Source: Eledone cirrhosa
Taxonomy: Eukaryota
Direction of reading: 5' to 3'
NCBI GenBank assembly: GCA_964016885.1
Contig: OZ024742.1
Span: forward strand, 173,290,001-173,354,000
Length of the DNA: 64,000 nucleotides
Part shown: piece by piece, positions 51,075-64,000 of the stretch
Layout: each line of letters starts with the position of its first letter
Numbering within the stretch: the first letter of the stretch is position 1
Notes under the pieces: generated by a model
Database searches by the model: none
What the model was told of the DNA's origin: nothing
What the model saw: the letters and a program-made list of their open reading frames with translations, nothing else
Position numbers and translations under genes: made by a program

Positions 51075-52548
51075 ATTAAGGAAAAAGAACAAAGGAACTT
51101 TTATGACATTATAACAAGTTTATTGCCGACAGCTGTTTCGTCCGACCATATGGTGGGACTTTTCAAGGCATATAACAGGTAATTGTAAGTTCATTATTTT
51201 CATCAACGTTTAACTCAAGAATAACAGTTTGAAATCGTGGTATACATCAACAGCTCAGCTTGTATATTTGGGGTCTATCTTCTAAGGGGGCTCTTTTATA
51301 TTAGTTGTAGGAGTTGTAAAAGGGATGGGTTATAGGGAATTAAGAGAATTTGAAAAGGGCCTAAAAGTTAATAAACTTCTTAAAAATACATTTTATAATT
51401 ATTGTCTTTTTGCTTATATATTTTCTTACTTATCATTTTCTTTAATCTTCGAGCCCAACTTGATAAGCTCTTTGAATTGCTCCTTAATTATATTACTTAA
51501 ATTACTTTATTTATTATACCTAAGTTATTGAATCTGTTGAACCCTTTGGAAATTCCTCGGATCTCCCAAATCCCGTAATTTTTAATTTGTAATTCTCCTG
51601 AATTCATTTTTATATATATTTTTAAAGGTTCTCTAAAATGTTAATTCTTTGAAGGGTCTTTCGGAAGAGTTTTTTATTAAAAATATTAAAGGGGCCTTTT
51701 CTGTGTTTGAAGGCACTTTAAATTGACCTTTAATTGATTAATTTCTTTCAACTATTTATTTCTTAATTTTTAAAATTAAATTTAATGTTCAACCTCTTAA
51801 TCTTTAATTTTTAATCTTGGATATATAAGATTGCTTAATCTTAAATTCATAATTTTTTTTAATTTCTGGGTTTGGAACTCTTAAACTTCAAATCCTAACT
51901 TAAATCTTAATCTTTATATTATGGATTCCCTAAATCATTAACTTTATTAACCTCTTAAATCTTATTGAAAGTTTTTTTTCCTAATTTTTAATTTTTAATT
52001 TTTGAGTTTAGATCTTTCGTAGTGATTATTAAATCTTCGTAAATTTTCTTAGATTTTTTAGGGGAATTTATTAGAAAAATTTTTTTGAGGAATTTTTTAG
52101 GAAACTTCTTATTTTTTTATTCTCTTAATCTCTTGGGGCTTATAAGCTTTATGCGCTTATTGAGGGATGTTTTAAGGTGCTTTTAAGAGACCACAAGTCT
52201 TTTACTTTTAGTGCGTAATTTATAAATTCTTTAATTTTTAACCATCAATCCCTAACTTGTAGGCCCTTTTAAAATTCTCTTAATTCCCTATAACCCATCC
52301 TTTTTACAACTCCTACAACTAATATAAAAGAGCCCCTTAGAATATAGACACCAAATATACAAGCTGAGCTGTTGATGTATACCACGATTTCAAACTGCTA
52401 ATCTTGAGTGAAACGTTGATAAAAATAATGAACTTACAATTACCTGTTATATGCCTTGAAAAGTCCTACCATATGGTCGGAGGAAACGGCTGTCGGCACT
52501 AAACTTGTTATAATGTCATAACAGTTCCTTTGTTCTTTTTCCTTAATA
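51075..52548. mobile_element. Non-coding foldback element, ~290-bp inverted arms with U3-A8 HHRs and a T-rich interior
   Basis: 51075-51365 is the reverse complement of 52260-52548. Confidence 0.85.
51124..51170 (-). ncRNA. Type I HHR with U3-A8 covariation (partner at 52452-52498 plus)
   Basis: Minus strand: tgcc TTGAAAA gtcc-caccatatggtc-ggac GAAA cagctg TC ggca. Confidence 0.8.
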
Positions 52549-52651
52549 TGTCTGCTCTGCTTATACGCATAGAGCTTAACTAGCTACCGTCGCATATTTG
52601 GTAGGTCAGGCGTGATCATCGCGATTTACGTACGACCTACCATACATCTTG

Positions 52652-52694
<43 letters not shown>

Positions 52695-52744
52695 CAGGCC
52701 ATGTCTAAATTAATAGCACAACCTGGCGAACTCTTTCAAAATAG

Positions 52745-52990
52745 GATTAGGGCTCCATAGCCCACTTAAATAGAGAGTTACTGTTTAAGGAGGCATATCC
52801 GTGTGTAGGGAGTTTATCGGGGATTGCTTGAACTTTATGGAGTCTGTATATGTTTTTAATTGTTTTGGTGTAATGTTAAAGAGAGCGGGGACAATAGAGA
52901 TGAAATAATTGTGCCGTATTCTTATTATGAGACGTGAGTGAGATGTTTGATGAGGGAGGGGGGGGGATAACACGGTGCACTAGCCTTGTA
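52745..52990 (-). mobile_element. CR1/L2-like LINE 3' fragment
   Basis: RHNYFISIVPALFNITPKQLK..IKFKQ resembles the extreme C-terminus of CR1-group ORF2. Confidence 0.55.
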
Positions 52991-53411
52991 TGTAATCTCT
53001 CTCTCTCTATATATATATATATAATGTACACACAAGGCTAGGGCCCCGTGCTATGCCCCACATCAGATGGAGAAAGAAAAAGAAGAGTTTTCTGAGTGTG
53101 TGTGAAAAAACTCTTTTACGCTTGAACATGTTAGAGCACAGTGGTTGTGTCTTGACATATTCCCGGAGTCTGACACGGCCATTTATTTTACTTTATTTAT
53201 AGTTACTGGTATTTCCCCAACTGAGTAAATTTGCTCAAGGAAACAAATATCTACCAGTGTACGGAGCCCACAACCTTACGATAATGAGTAGAATGCAGTA
53301 GACTCTGAATCACGTGCATTCACATATACACATGCTTACACACACAAATATATATATACGCATATGTACGTAAGGGTTATAACGAACATTAACAATAATT
53401 TTCGATTCGTT

Positions 53412-53542
<131 letters not shown>

Positions 53543-53696
53543 GCATATATATGGGTATATATAACGAAGGAATTGAGGTAAGGAACCAGATGGAACATAA
53601 CACATAACATACTAGAGTAGTCAATACTTAGGGTAGTAGAGTGGGTAATAGGAAAAGGTATGACCTCGACGGCAGAGCTCAAGCCGTTTCGACGGC

Positions 53697-53734
<38 letters not shown>

Positions 53735-53826
53735 CATACAGATATATATATATACACAGACTCATACACATATACATATATCTGCGTTTGTGTGTATGTC
53801 TATGTGTGGGAATATGTGTGTAGTGA

Positions 53827-54028
<202 letters not shown>

Positions 54029-55019
54029 TATTTACATACATATATTCTGGCATTCAAATTAAGTTAGCCTCACATGGTGGTATGAAAATTAATGCAACCT
54101 TAGACCGAAACTGCAAATATCATGAAATTCAGTATTTTAATACAACGCAAAGAAGAATAAATTGTATCAACAATGACCCTTTTTTTATATATATATTTTT
54201 TTTTATTTCTATTCTTGTCTGTTTTAAATCTGAATAAACTATCGGTTCAAATGCGAGTTCTTTCTAACGTAGAAAAATATATTGACATCAATGTTAATCG
54301 TTCTTCTTATTTTTTTCTTCCACATATCATTATATAATACTCTACTCAGGTTTTTCCCACCAGGATTTAGAACATTCCGTATGAATTCCATTTTGAAAGT
54401 AAAACTTAATAAAACAAATAAGAACAGCTATATACGATTGGTTCTATTTCTTTTTCATAAAGTCCCGAGAAGGAAAATATCCTGTTGTGGTGTATAATAT
54501 TTGCTTGGTTGTAATTTATTATAGCTCTAAATATAATTGAATCGCACCGCAGGATCCGTTTTCACAATTATTCAGACGTATATGAAACAGAAATTGTAGA
54601 ACGTCGACCAACGATCTGTCTCTAACGAAACAATTCAACGATACTTGCCCGGTGGCATAAATTATTTCCACGCCACCTACATTATTGACTCAATAAAAAT
54701 AGGTTGCATATAAACTATGTTCTATCAACCCCACACCCCGCCACACACACACACGAAGTATGTGTAAATGTGATAGTGTTGAGTAGGAGAATATGAGGTA
54801 GACTAATCAGACTTCCTGGTGTTCCAATGGAATTTAACGACTCAACAAATAAGGTAATATATTAGGAAATGATTATCCAAATGCCCATATGCACTCAGGT
54901 GTATACGCATGATACGCACAAGTATTCGCTTGTACATAAAAACTCATATTTATGTAGATGAATGTATGTGTGTATATACGTTTGTATGTATGTAAGCTTG
55001 TAACCAAACACACAGACAT

Positions 55020-55066
<47 letters not shown>

Positions 55067-55087
55067 TGTGTGTGTGTGTGTGTTTAC

Positions 55088-55152
<65 letters not shown>

Positions 55153-55212
55153 GGAAACAGTAGGACCCCGACAGCTGAGCTCAAGCCGTTTCGACGGCTA
55201 ATTCTGTATATA

Positions 55213-55296
<84 letters not shown>

Positions 55297-55389
55297 TATA
55301 TATATATATATATATAATCACTGACGTAGGACTATTTTTATCATATGTAACCCATGTGCAAACCACGCAGTATTCTTCTTTCTTCTTAT

Positions 55390-55460
<71 letters not shown>

Positions 55461-55461
55461 A

Positions 55462-55494
<33 letters not shown>

Positions 55495-55824
55495 TTCTGA
55501 TGGTAGCTAAGTTGCTTAGATAGGTGGTATGCCGCTTGAGCACTCCATGCTTTTACAGAGTAGGATAGAATAGTAGACGAAAAATCAGTGATGCATCGGA
55601 ACTCAATTTTGTGTGTCTTACATTTGTTTCACCGGCGGAAACAGTCAGAGAATATGCTCCGAAATCATTAGACTTATCCGTCGAACCTGCGGGTCCAGTA
55701 TCAGACAGATCCATACAATGATCGCGTCTCCAGCTGTCCGTCGGGGAAACAATTGTAACACACAATAAATTGAGTTCAGATGCATCACTAATTTTTCGTT
55801 TTCTATTCTCCTTCTCTCTCTATA

Positions 55825-55883
<59 letters not shown>

Positions 55884-55959
55884 GTATGTATGTGTGCGTG
55901 TGTGTGTGTGGGTGTGTGTGTGTGTGTGTGTGCATGTATGAATGTGTATATATATATAT

Positions 55960-57874
55960 ATTTATTAAAATAACAGATTCAAGTTTAAGCAAAGAATCGC
56001 TGCTTTCAGCCTTAACGGGATCTTCTGAAACTAAAAAAATCAATATGTGAACGCAGTAGTAAATATTTCGAAAAACGTTGCAACCGTAGGAAAACAGGAA
56101 GACGATACTTTTGTTCGTGGGGACGTTCCCTGGCAATGAACAGAAAAACGCGAAGATAATATGTCTTTATTTGGAGCGGTGACAACAATTACACGCAAAG
56201 ACAAAACCAGGTTTATGGTATAAATGGAGTCGTAGACTAATATTCTATTCAGGTCGTTCGTGGAGACGTTCCCTGGCAATGAACGGAAAAAATCGAAGAT
56301 AATACGTCATTATGTGGACCGTTTAGAACAATTAGACGCAAAGACAAAATCAGGTTTATGGTTTAAATGGAGTCGTAGACTAATATTCTATTTAGGTGGT
56401 TCATGGAGACGTTCCCTGGCAATGAACGAAAAAAGCGAAGATAACACGTCTTTATGTGGAGCGTATAGAGCAATTAGATGCAAATAGAAAACCACGTTTA
56501 TAGTATACATGAAGTCCTAGACTAGGTGTTTGTACCGTGATGACGGCCTTTTGACCATGACTAAGTGAGGCCCCCACGCTTGCGACAGGTTCAGAAAAGA
56601 ACTCACACCCTTCCTTAAAGGCTTCTACTTCTCCAAAGAGGATGAGGCCAACCTCTCGGTAGTTACTTACTTCGATGTTACCCTCAATTTGTCGAATGGC
56701 TTGCACTACCCTTATAGAAAGCCCAACGATACGCTTAATTACATAAGTAAGCATTCTAACCATCCTACCAGCATAACCAAGAACCTGGTAAGAAACGTTT
56801 CTTTGAGGCTGTCCCGTCTATCTACAAACGAGCATATTTTCACCGACCATTCCACATATTACAATGAAGCTCTGGCTCGGAATGGATTTGATGCTAAGGA
56901 AGCATATACCGAGTATGAGCATGGACCTAGAAGAATTAGATCCCGACGCATTATATGGTATAACCCACCATATAATATGGAGGTGGCCACACCATTAGCT
57001 AAGATCCTTCTCTACCTTATTAAGAAGCATATCCCCTAAGCACATAAATATAATAACATTTTTAATAGAAATACCATTAAAATGGCTTACTCCACGACCC
57101 CTATCCTTGCACATAACATCACTGTTTCAAATTTAGCTAAATAACCTAGCCGTAGGAACACGTGCAAACCTGGAGCTAGTATTAACTGTAATTGTAGGAA
57201 TCGGGATGATTGCCCCCTATCCGGAAAATGGCTCTCCAATACCATTTAAGAAGGAATATGACGTCACTTTCAGCTGATATCTGGAGTCTAATAGACAACC
57301 ACACCCAAAATAGGATACAGTGGGAGATGCTAGCTAAAGCTAGATCGTATAATGGAAATAAAAGACCATACAACCTCTGCGCCGCTGAAGCCCTGGACGC
57401 CAATGACGACATCTTAATAAAAAAAAATCTGAGGCTATTTCAGCTTGTAAACATAAATTGCATAAAACTTTCCTGTATTACAGCCCCACATTATACCCTA
57501 AAGGATAGTACGAACAATAGGCGGATAATTTACGTCTTGATCTGGTAGCTAAGTATATTTTATGTTTATACCATTACTTATTTGTATAGGTAAGTATATA
57601 TTACCTGTATGTTTTGTGAAGGTACGTATACTTTCTCGTACGTATATTTGCTTGTATTGGTCATAGGTGTATATATTATATTATATTTACTGGTACGTGT
57701 ATTTTGCGTTTGGGTGTGTATGCGGTTTTCCACGCATGTAGGGTGTGTATATGTGTACTTTGTGTTTCGGTTGACGTAGTTTACCGATCACATGTGTATT
57801 TACCTGTAGGTATGTGTGTGCGTACGTTATATACCTATTTATGTGCGTATATTTATATACCTTTCCATACACAA

Positions 57875-57908
<34 letters not shown>

Positions 57909-58292
57909 TTATATTGGTTTCTGTATTTCGTGTATACGTCTGTATATGTGCGGGTACAGGGGTTGCGCGAGTTTTTGTATGTGTGCGCGTGTTTTTGTGT
58001 ACGTGCTTGTATATATTACATGTTGTATATATATATACATGCGTGCATGTATATATTTAATTTAATTTTTTATTTCAATAATCCCCGTAATTTATTTACA
58101 TTATTCTTAACTCTGAAGCCAAGAATCATTAGGTTTCCTAAATAGAATTTTAGTCTACGACTTCATTTATACCATAAACGTGGTTTTGTCTTTGCGTTTA
58201 ATTGTTCTTCTCGCTCGACATAATGACGTGTTATCTTCGCTTTTTTCCGTTCATTGCCAGAGAACGTTTCCACGAACCAAAGTTTCGTCTCC
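55960..58292 (+). mobile_element. 5'-truncated Naiad-type PLE (56526-57480) between an inverted pLTR (55960-56525) and a partial direct pLTR (58140-58292)
   Basis: LYRDDGL, PYRKPND..SNHP, IIWYNPPY, NCNCRNRDDCPL, NLC; the pLTR holds three 143-bp repeats (56113, 56256, 56399) and an HHR variant at 55982-56032 minus. Confidence 0.85.
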
Positions 58293-58699
58293 TACACCCG
58301 ACCAGGATCGAATTTCAGGCCAGAATCACCACCATCTATGATTCCTCCCAACTAGGCCGCCGAGACAGCTACAAAAGTATAATGAAATTAATAATTATAA
58401 ACCTACTTTCAACATCAAAGTTTAAAAGCTATGGTGTCGTTTATGGCTTTCCTAGAACTATTAGTCTTATTTAGAGCCAACTTGTCAATCTTCTGGCTCT
58501 TTGGTCACTACCATAGTATTCCTATGTGTGTTTATCTGTTGATTTAATTTAATTTATTTATTGCTATTACAGAGTTCCGGCGAAAATATGATTCCAGGGT
58601 CGGGCCAGATCAAACTGATCGAACCTACAGATAATCACTAGCGAAACGCGCGTCACCAACCAATAAATGTAATGAATGAGTAACTATTAGCGCTTGGAT

Positions 58700-61600
58700 T
58701 ATTATTATTATTATTGTTATTAGTCTTTGAGTCTCAGTCATTGATGTTATTTAACTGGAAGGTTTGTTGAAATGAATATCAAGCCGTTACTTGCAACCTC
58801 AGATATTCAGGACGTATCGGAGGGTTCTTGCTGTTCCCAGCAAGCATGCCTTTTGAAGTGTTCCAAAAAGCGGGTCTGGACTAATCTTCTTTAACCATTC
58901 TTGGAAACTCTTTGACAATCGGGACGCCTATGACAGTCGGGACGAGCTTGACTTCAGGGCAGTTCCAAATCCTGTTTACCCCCCACTTTAAGTCCTGATA
59001 TCTGACTTATGCTCATACGACTTCTCAGAATGTGGTAAATTGTTTACTATGCATAGTTGCCAGTAGATCACCTTACCCATTCAATCATGTCTCCAGCCTT
59101 TAGAGTGAGTCTGGGCAAAGTGTTTACACTCGGATACAATGTGAGCCACAGTCTCCTCTCTCTCTCCACAGTTCCTATACAGTGGGCCAGCCTCCTCCTT
59201 GAAAATGTGTGTTTCACCCACTTCGTTCGGAGGGCCTGCTCTGGCTCAGCCATTAGCATTCCTTCTGTAGCCTTTTTAAGGTCTCCTCTTTTTAACATGT
59301 ACCATGTCTGTGGATCTATAAATTCAGGATTTGTCATAAAGGTTGCTCTCCCTCCTTGTTGTTATTTCCTCCTTGGACATCCCCTGGTCTATTGTTCTCT
59401 CTTTCAGGACAATTCTGAGCATTGGCTCCCTACTGTCAGTCACGTATTTGTGCAGGTTGTTTTTCTCCATCTGAACACAGTCCTCTGTGCTGATAAGACC
59501 TCTTCCACCTTCAGATCTCTTCAAGTAGAGTCTATCGACATCACTCCTCTTGTGGAACATGTTGTAGATGGTCAATAGCTTCCTAGTCTTTCTATCCATT
59601 TCTTTTTGTTCAGCAACATTCCATTTCAGAATTCCTGTACCTGATAATAGACACATCTCGGGAATTCACTGAACTTATGACATTCCTACTATTTAGATAT
59701 GATTTTCATACGTTCGTTACTCTCCTAATGTACTCAGATCTTATCAATTCCTTCATTTTTTTGTTCTTGATGTCATCTGCCCCATACCACCTAAGTATTT
59801 GTATTATTTTTCAGTGTCAACTTCCGTTATCATCTCACCTGTTGGTACCTAGATTCCGTTGCTTCTGCTCAATTTTCCCCTCTTCATCACAAGGACTCCA
59901 CACTTATTAATACCAAATTGCATACATATATCACTGCTGAAAATACGAACAGTGTCAACAAGTACTTCCAACTCCTTCTCACTCTTACCAAAGAGTTTAA
60001 GATCGTTCATGAAGAGAAGTTGGTTGATGGTAAGCTCTCCTTTTCCCAAATTGTATTCTGCTCTCACTTTCCGCAGTATAATGATCAGGGGTATCAGGGT
60101 AAGGACAGACAACAGAGGGGAAAGACTATCTCCCTGGAAGATACCTCGCTTATTCTTCACGTCTCCCAGGGATTCTCCACTTGGTGTTAATTATGTTTCA
60201 CGGGACTTTATACTTTTGCCCAACAACTATCTGATGTTATCTGCCACCTTGAAGATCTCTAGGCTTTTGGTTATCCAAAGATGAGGTACCATGTCGAATG
60301 CATTTTTGTAGTCTATCCATCCCATGGCAAGACCAGTGTGTCTTCTCTTGCAATTCTTCATTACCATCTTGTCAATAAGTAGCTGGTCTTTTGTATCACG
60401 GGACTTCTCTCGGCATCCTTTCTGTTCGTCCGGTAACAAGTTGTTTATGTGGAGGTGATGGTAGATTTCCTCAGACACATTGCTTGTTAATAGTTTCCAC
60501 ATTACGGATAGACATCTGATAGGTCTATAGTTGGTAACATCATTACCCTTGATTCGGTCTTTCATTACCAGGACTGTGCTACCATTTGTCAACCACTCTG
60601 GTACCTCACTCGACGTCAAGCAGTCATTGAACATGGTTGTCAGTTTCGTGTGGAGGGATGTTATATTTTTAATCTAATACCCCTGCACATCATCTGGGCC
60701 TGGTGATTTCCAGTTGGTTAGTTTTCTGGCCTGCCCTTTAAGAGTTTCAACTGTGTTACTTCAATCAGTTGGTGTGCTTGTTCACTAATCTCCTTTTGTA
60801 CTGTCTCAATCCCTACTGCCTGATCTTTATGTTCAACATCCTGCGCCCATATTCTACTCCAGAATGTCTTAGTTTGTACCGCCTCGGTGATCAAGCCATT
60901 GCCTCTTTCTTTCCCTTCAACCTGCCCAAACAACATCTTCTGTTTGTTGTCAAACATGCGGTTCTGTCTATACTGACTGACTCTGCTCTCATACCGCCTA
61001 ATCTTTGCACTCTTTGCTACAATGCGTTGCTTCAATTCCTCTATGATAATATTTAGCTTTTTCCTCCCAGTTTATTTTTAGTGTTTGCGTTTTGTAGTGT
61101 CCCATTCAGTAGAGACTCAAGCTTTCCAATGGCATTTCTCATTTCCCTGATTAGACCATTCAGTCGTTTCTTCTAGAAAGGTTCTGATCTTTCTTGTTTG
61201 TTGTTTCGTCTCGTTTTTATGCCAAGTAATTTCCTCACCGCATTTGCTGTTGCTTTGAGGATATTGTTGCATTGGTGAAGGTTCCTCGCCTCAAAGTATG
61301 GGATCACTTTGTTTACCTTAGCTGTTGTTTCTTTTATCTTTTTCCTGTCTCCAAATCTTAGGTTCATAGGTTTCCCACTATCATTGTTCATTTCATCTAC
61401 AACTAAGTTTAGGATATCAACCAAATCTTGTCCTAGCCCGTCAGCATTCATTTCCTCAATGGCCGTTTCTTTGTTCCAGATGTTATTTATGTCAGCATTC
61501 AGATCATTGTCTGATTCGGATGCTTCCTTCGGTCTCTCAACCTCTTCACCTTCATTTCCCACTGGCTCATTTGCCTGGCATACTCCACGTTCCATTTCCA

Positions 61601-62085
61601 AGCTAATCTCTCTGCTCAGTTCCCCCAGTTCCAACTCGCTTATCCATCCATCAGTTCTTATTACCCGAGTCTGCTCGGCCAATTTTTGTTCAACTAATTT
61701 AAATAGACCAATCTCGGTCCAGATGTTATGCATCCGTTTCCTATAGCCTTTTTCCTTTGAGTTACTCTTCAGGTAACATTGCATAACAGTTCTATTCAAT
61801 TCTTTGGTCCAGTTGGTTCTTGTCCCTTTCCTTATTCTTCTTCCTCCAACACCAGCAGTAATTGGATGACAGACAGGTCCCTGCTGCTGCGCCAGGGAGC
61901 ACTTGCTGGGTGAAAGTCTGTCACATAACGTTACAGTCTCCTCTTCACCGTTATTCGAACTGTTTAGGTTCGACATTTAAACACTCATATCGAGGACAGG
62001 TGAATGTATGGTTACATAACCACCGGTGATTTCATCACCCCCAGTGATTTTAGCGTGGCACCATCATGCCGTAGACGAACATAAA
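58700..62085 (-). mobile_element. Near full-length R4/Dong-clade non-LTR retrotransposon, degenerate
   Basis: N-terminal WTKELNRTVMQCY..GYRKRM, NYRPI, WIDYKNAFDMVPH, RGIFQGDSLSPL, LFMNDLKL, DVDRLYLKRSEGGRGL, terminal QKACLLGTARTLR and a (TAA)n tail. Confidence 0.92.
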
Positions 62086-62690
62086 TATATAGATAAAAAC
62101 TTTCAAAAATAAACATAAGTTTCATTGTAATATTTGTTTGTTTGTTTTTTTCCTTTGCCTTTTTCGTGGTAGAGGTGACGGTGGCGGCGGCGGTGGTGGT
62201 GAAGTTATTTGGCTGTTGTTTTTTATCCATTTTCTTTATTGACTATAAAATTTCTGATACAAAATTAAATATTAAATAGTGGAGCCCTATGCCATAATGT
62301 AAGGCGTTGTCACTTCCTGAGAGGAAAAAAATGATATCTTATGTTCCATTTGTAATAAGAATTATTCTATCACAATTGTTTTAAATATGTAAAAAATCAA
62401 AATTTACGGGAGCGATTCCATAAAACTCTATCCACCATGTGCGTATATTCACTATTATTATTATTATTATTATTATTGAATGCCATGGTTGACGGAGGCT
62501 CGGCTCTGTAAGGTATAGTAATTTTTAACCGTTAAAACAATTGTAAATTGTTTAAAACTTGAACCAAATTGTTGATAAAGACACCCTCCTCCTCGTGAGA
62601 GGGGTCTTTCTGTCCGTTATTTGGCCCTTCGGGGTTAAATAACCAGTTATTGGGGTTTTGTACCCAAAATTTCATTTTAAACAAAAAAAC

Positions 62691-64000
62691 ATGGCTACGA
62701 AAAAGAAATTTCATACGTCACTCCCACTCATTCCGTCTTCTTCTTCCTCAATCATCACTACAGCAGAGAGAAGATTGTCTCTCTCCCTCCCTTCTTTAAA
62801 TGTGTCTCTCTCCCTCCCTTCTCTTTCGCAAGCGATGAAAGAAAAGAAAAGTCTCGTGCAAAGCGTGCAAGGTTTCTCCACGACGACGACGACAGCGACG
62901 AAACAGGTGTGCGGGAAATACGAAAACCCAGTTCATTCGTCTGACGTCAGGAATAATAGCAGTAGCAGCCGTAATAACAACAGCAACAGTGACAATGAAA
63001 ACAACAGTAGCAGCCGCAACAGCATCACCAGCAGCATAAACAACAACAGCATTAACAGCAGCAACACCAACAACAACCACAGCAACAGCGGCGGAGGCAG
63101 TAGTCGTAGTACCTGCAGCAACAACAAAAGTACCAGCAGCTCTGACGACAACAACAACAGCAGAGAAAAACCAATCTCATTTGCAGGTATTGCGAAAAAC
63201 TTGGAAACAATCCTCATAACAAATGAGGAATTAGAGGAAGCGAAGAAGATGGTGACAAAGAACGGACACCGAGCAATCTGCAAGGCAGCGAAAAATTTTT
63301 TCGAAACCCAAGAGCACTGTACGGTCACGTACCGTACAGTAAGTACAAAATCCCGTAGGGTGGAAAGAGCCACAGAGGCCCAAATACAAAAAGCCTTGGG
63401 GTCTGTGTGGCAGAGGAAAACGCACATCACCCGAGGCAAAAAATACGCCACCGTAGACGTACTTTTTGCCACACCCCAGGAGGCAAAGGCCCAATCAGTA
63501 GTGACACTAAGGAGCGAGGAAATGGTGTTGGTGCCCTCCTACTGCGGGCAAAAAATTGTGAGGGTCAAACTGACCCACGTCCCCCCCGGAATGACCCCTT
63601 CTTGGCTGGCCGCGTCTGTCCTCGTCGGAATCGAGGACAAAACAACTGTACTGCAAGTACAGAAAAAAGTAAGAGAAGATTGGGTCGGCTCCTCCATTGA
63701 GATGCTAATCCAAACCAACCAGGAGTGCATCGAAGCTATCCCGGATGTGATAGACTTCGATAACGGCACTCAACTGCCCATAAGTGTTGAGGGCAAACGC
63801 CCGAAATGCTTTCGCTGTGGATCGAAGACTCACCTCAGGGCCTTCTGCAACGAGAAGACCCTGAGAAAGGAGAAAACCCCCCTCCTTCCGAATCCGGCTC
63901 CACGGCTACCAGCAACAGGACAAGCAGCAACCAGGAACGATAGGTCCGTGGCACCCATACCCACTCCACGGAAATCAAAGACAGCAGCAGCAGTGGAAAT
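62691..64000 (+). CDS. LINE ORF1 (probably Tx1-type), open to the window end; element probably starts about 62478 after (ATT)n
   Basis: My translation from ATG 62691 has no stop to 64000: Asn/Ser-rich tract, RRM-like segment, VEGKRPKCFRCGSKTHLRAFC CCHC knuckle. Confidence 0.85.
   Translation, partial: MATKKKFHTSLPLIPSSSSSIITTAERRLSLSLPSLNVSLSLPSLSQAMKEKKSLVQSVQGFSTTTTTATKQVCGKYENPVHSSDVRNNSSSSRNNNSNSDNENNSSSRNSITSSINNNSINSSNTNNNHSNSGGGSSRSTCSNNKSTSSSDDNNNSREKPISFAGIAKNLETILITNEELEEAKKMVTKNGHRAICKAAKNFFETQEHCTVTYRTVSTKSRRVERATEAQIQKALGSVWQRKTHITRGKKYATVDVLFATPQEAKAQSVVTLRSEEMVLVPSYCGQKIVRVKLTHVPPGMTPSWLAASVLVGIEDKTTVLQVQKKVREDWVGSSIEMLIQTNQECIEAIPDVIDFDNGTQLPISVEGKRPKCFRCGSKTHLRAFCNEKTLRKEKTPLLPNPAPRLPATGQAATRNDRSVAPIPTPRKSKTAAAVE

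Noticed and set aside
56113-56525. Three 143-bp repeats as CRISPR-like
   Set aside because: Whole units are homologous with no spacers; they form a minisatellite within a PLE pLTR
62796-63769. Minus-strand hydrophobic ORFs
   Set aside because: Antisense shadows of the plus-strand ORF1 and its (AAC/AGC)n tract

Overview
Repeat-saturated, AT-rich eukaryotic genomic DNA. The tRNA-derived SINE family and (TA)n/(CA)n density suggest an octopod cephalopod (inference). I find no host gene; most listed ORFs are translated microsatellites or antisense shadows. Content: three Tx1-type LINEs, two R4/Dong LINEs, five Penelope-like element (PLE) remnants (two Naiad-type), a deleted mariner, a probable non-autonomous Helitron and many SINEs. 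The main hidden signal is an unusually dense set of type I hammerhead ribozyme (HHR) motifs, about 30 including degenerate copies, all read by eye. They sit in non-coding tandem and foldback elements. The centrepiece is a 310-bp retrozyme-like array (35597-38434) with 9 intact minimal HHRs in two inverted arms and a probable target-site duplication. Several families carry non-canonical cores (U3-A8 covariation, A4, C4). Every ribozyme-bearing foldback has the same 3'-ends-outward polarity. One Naiad copy has an in-frame TGA at a conserved Cys (possible selenocysteine). Element boundaries are approximate and no activity has been tested.
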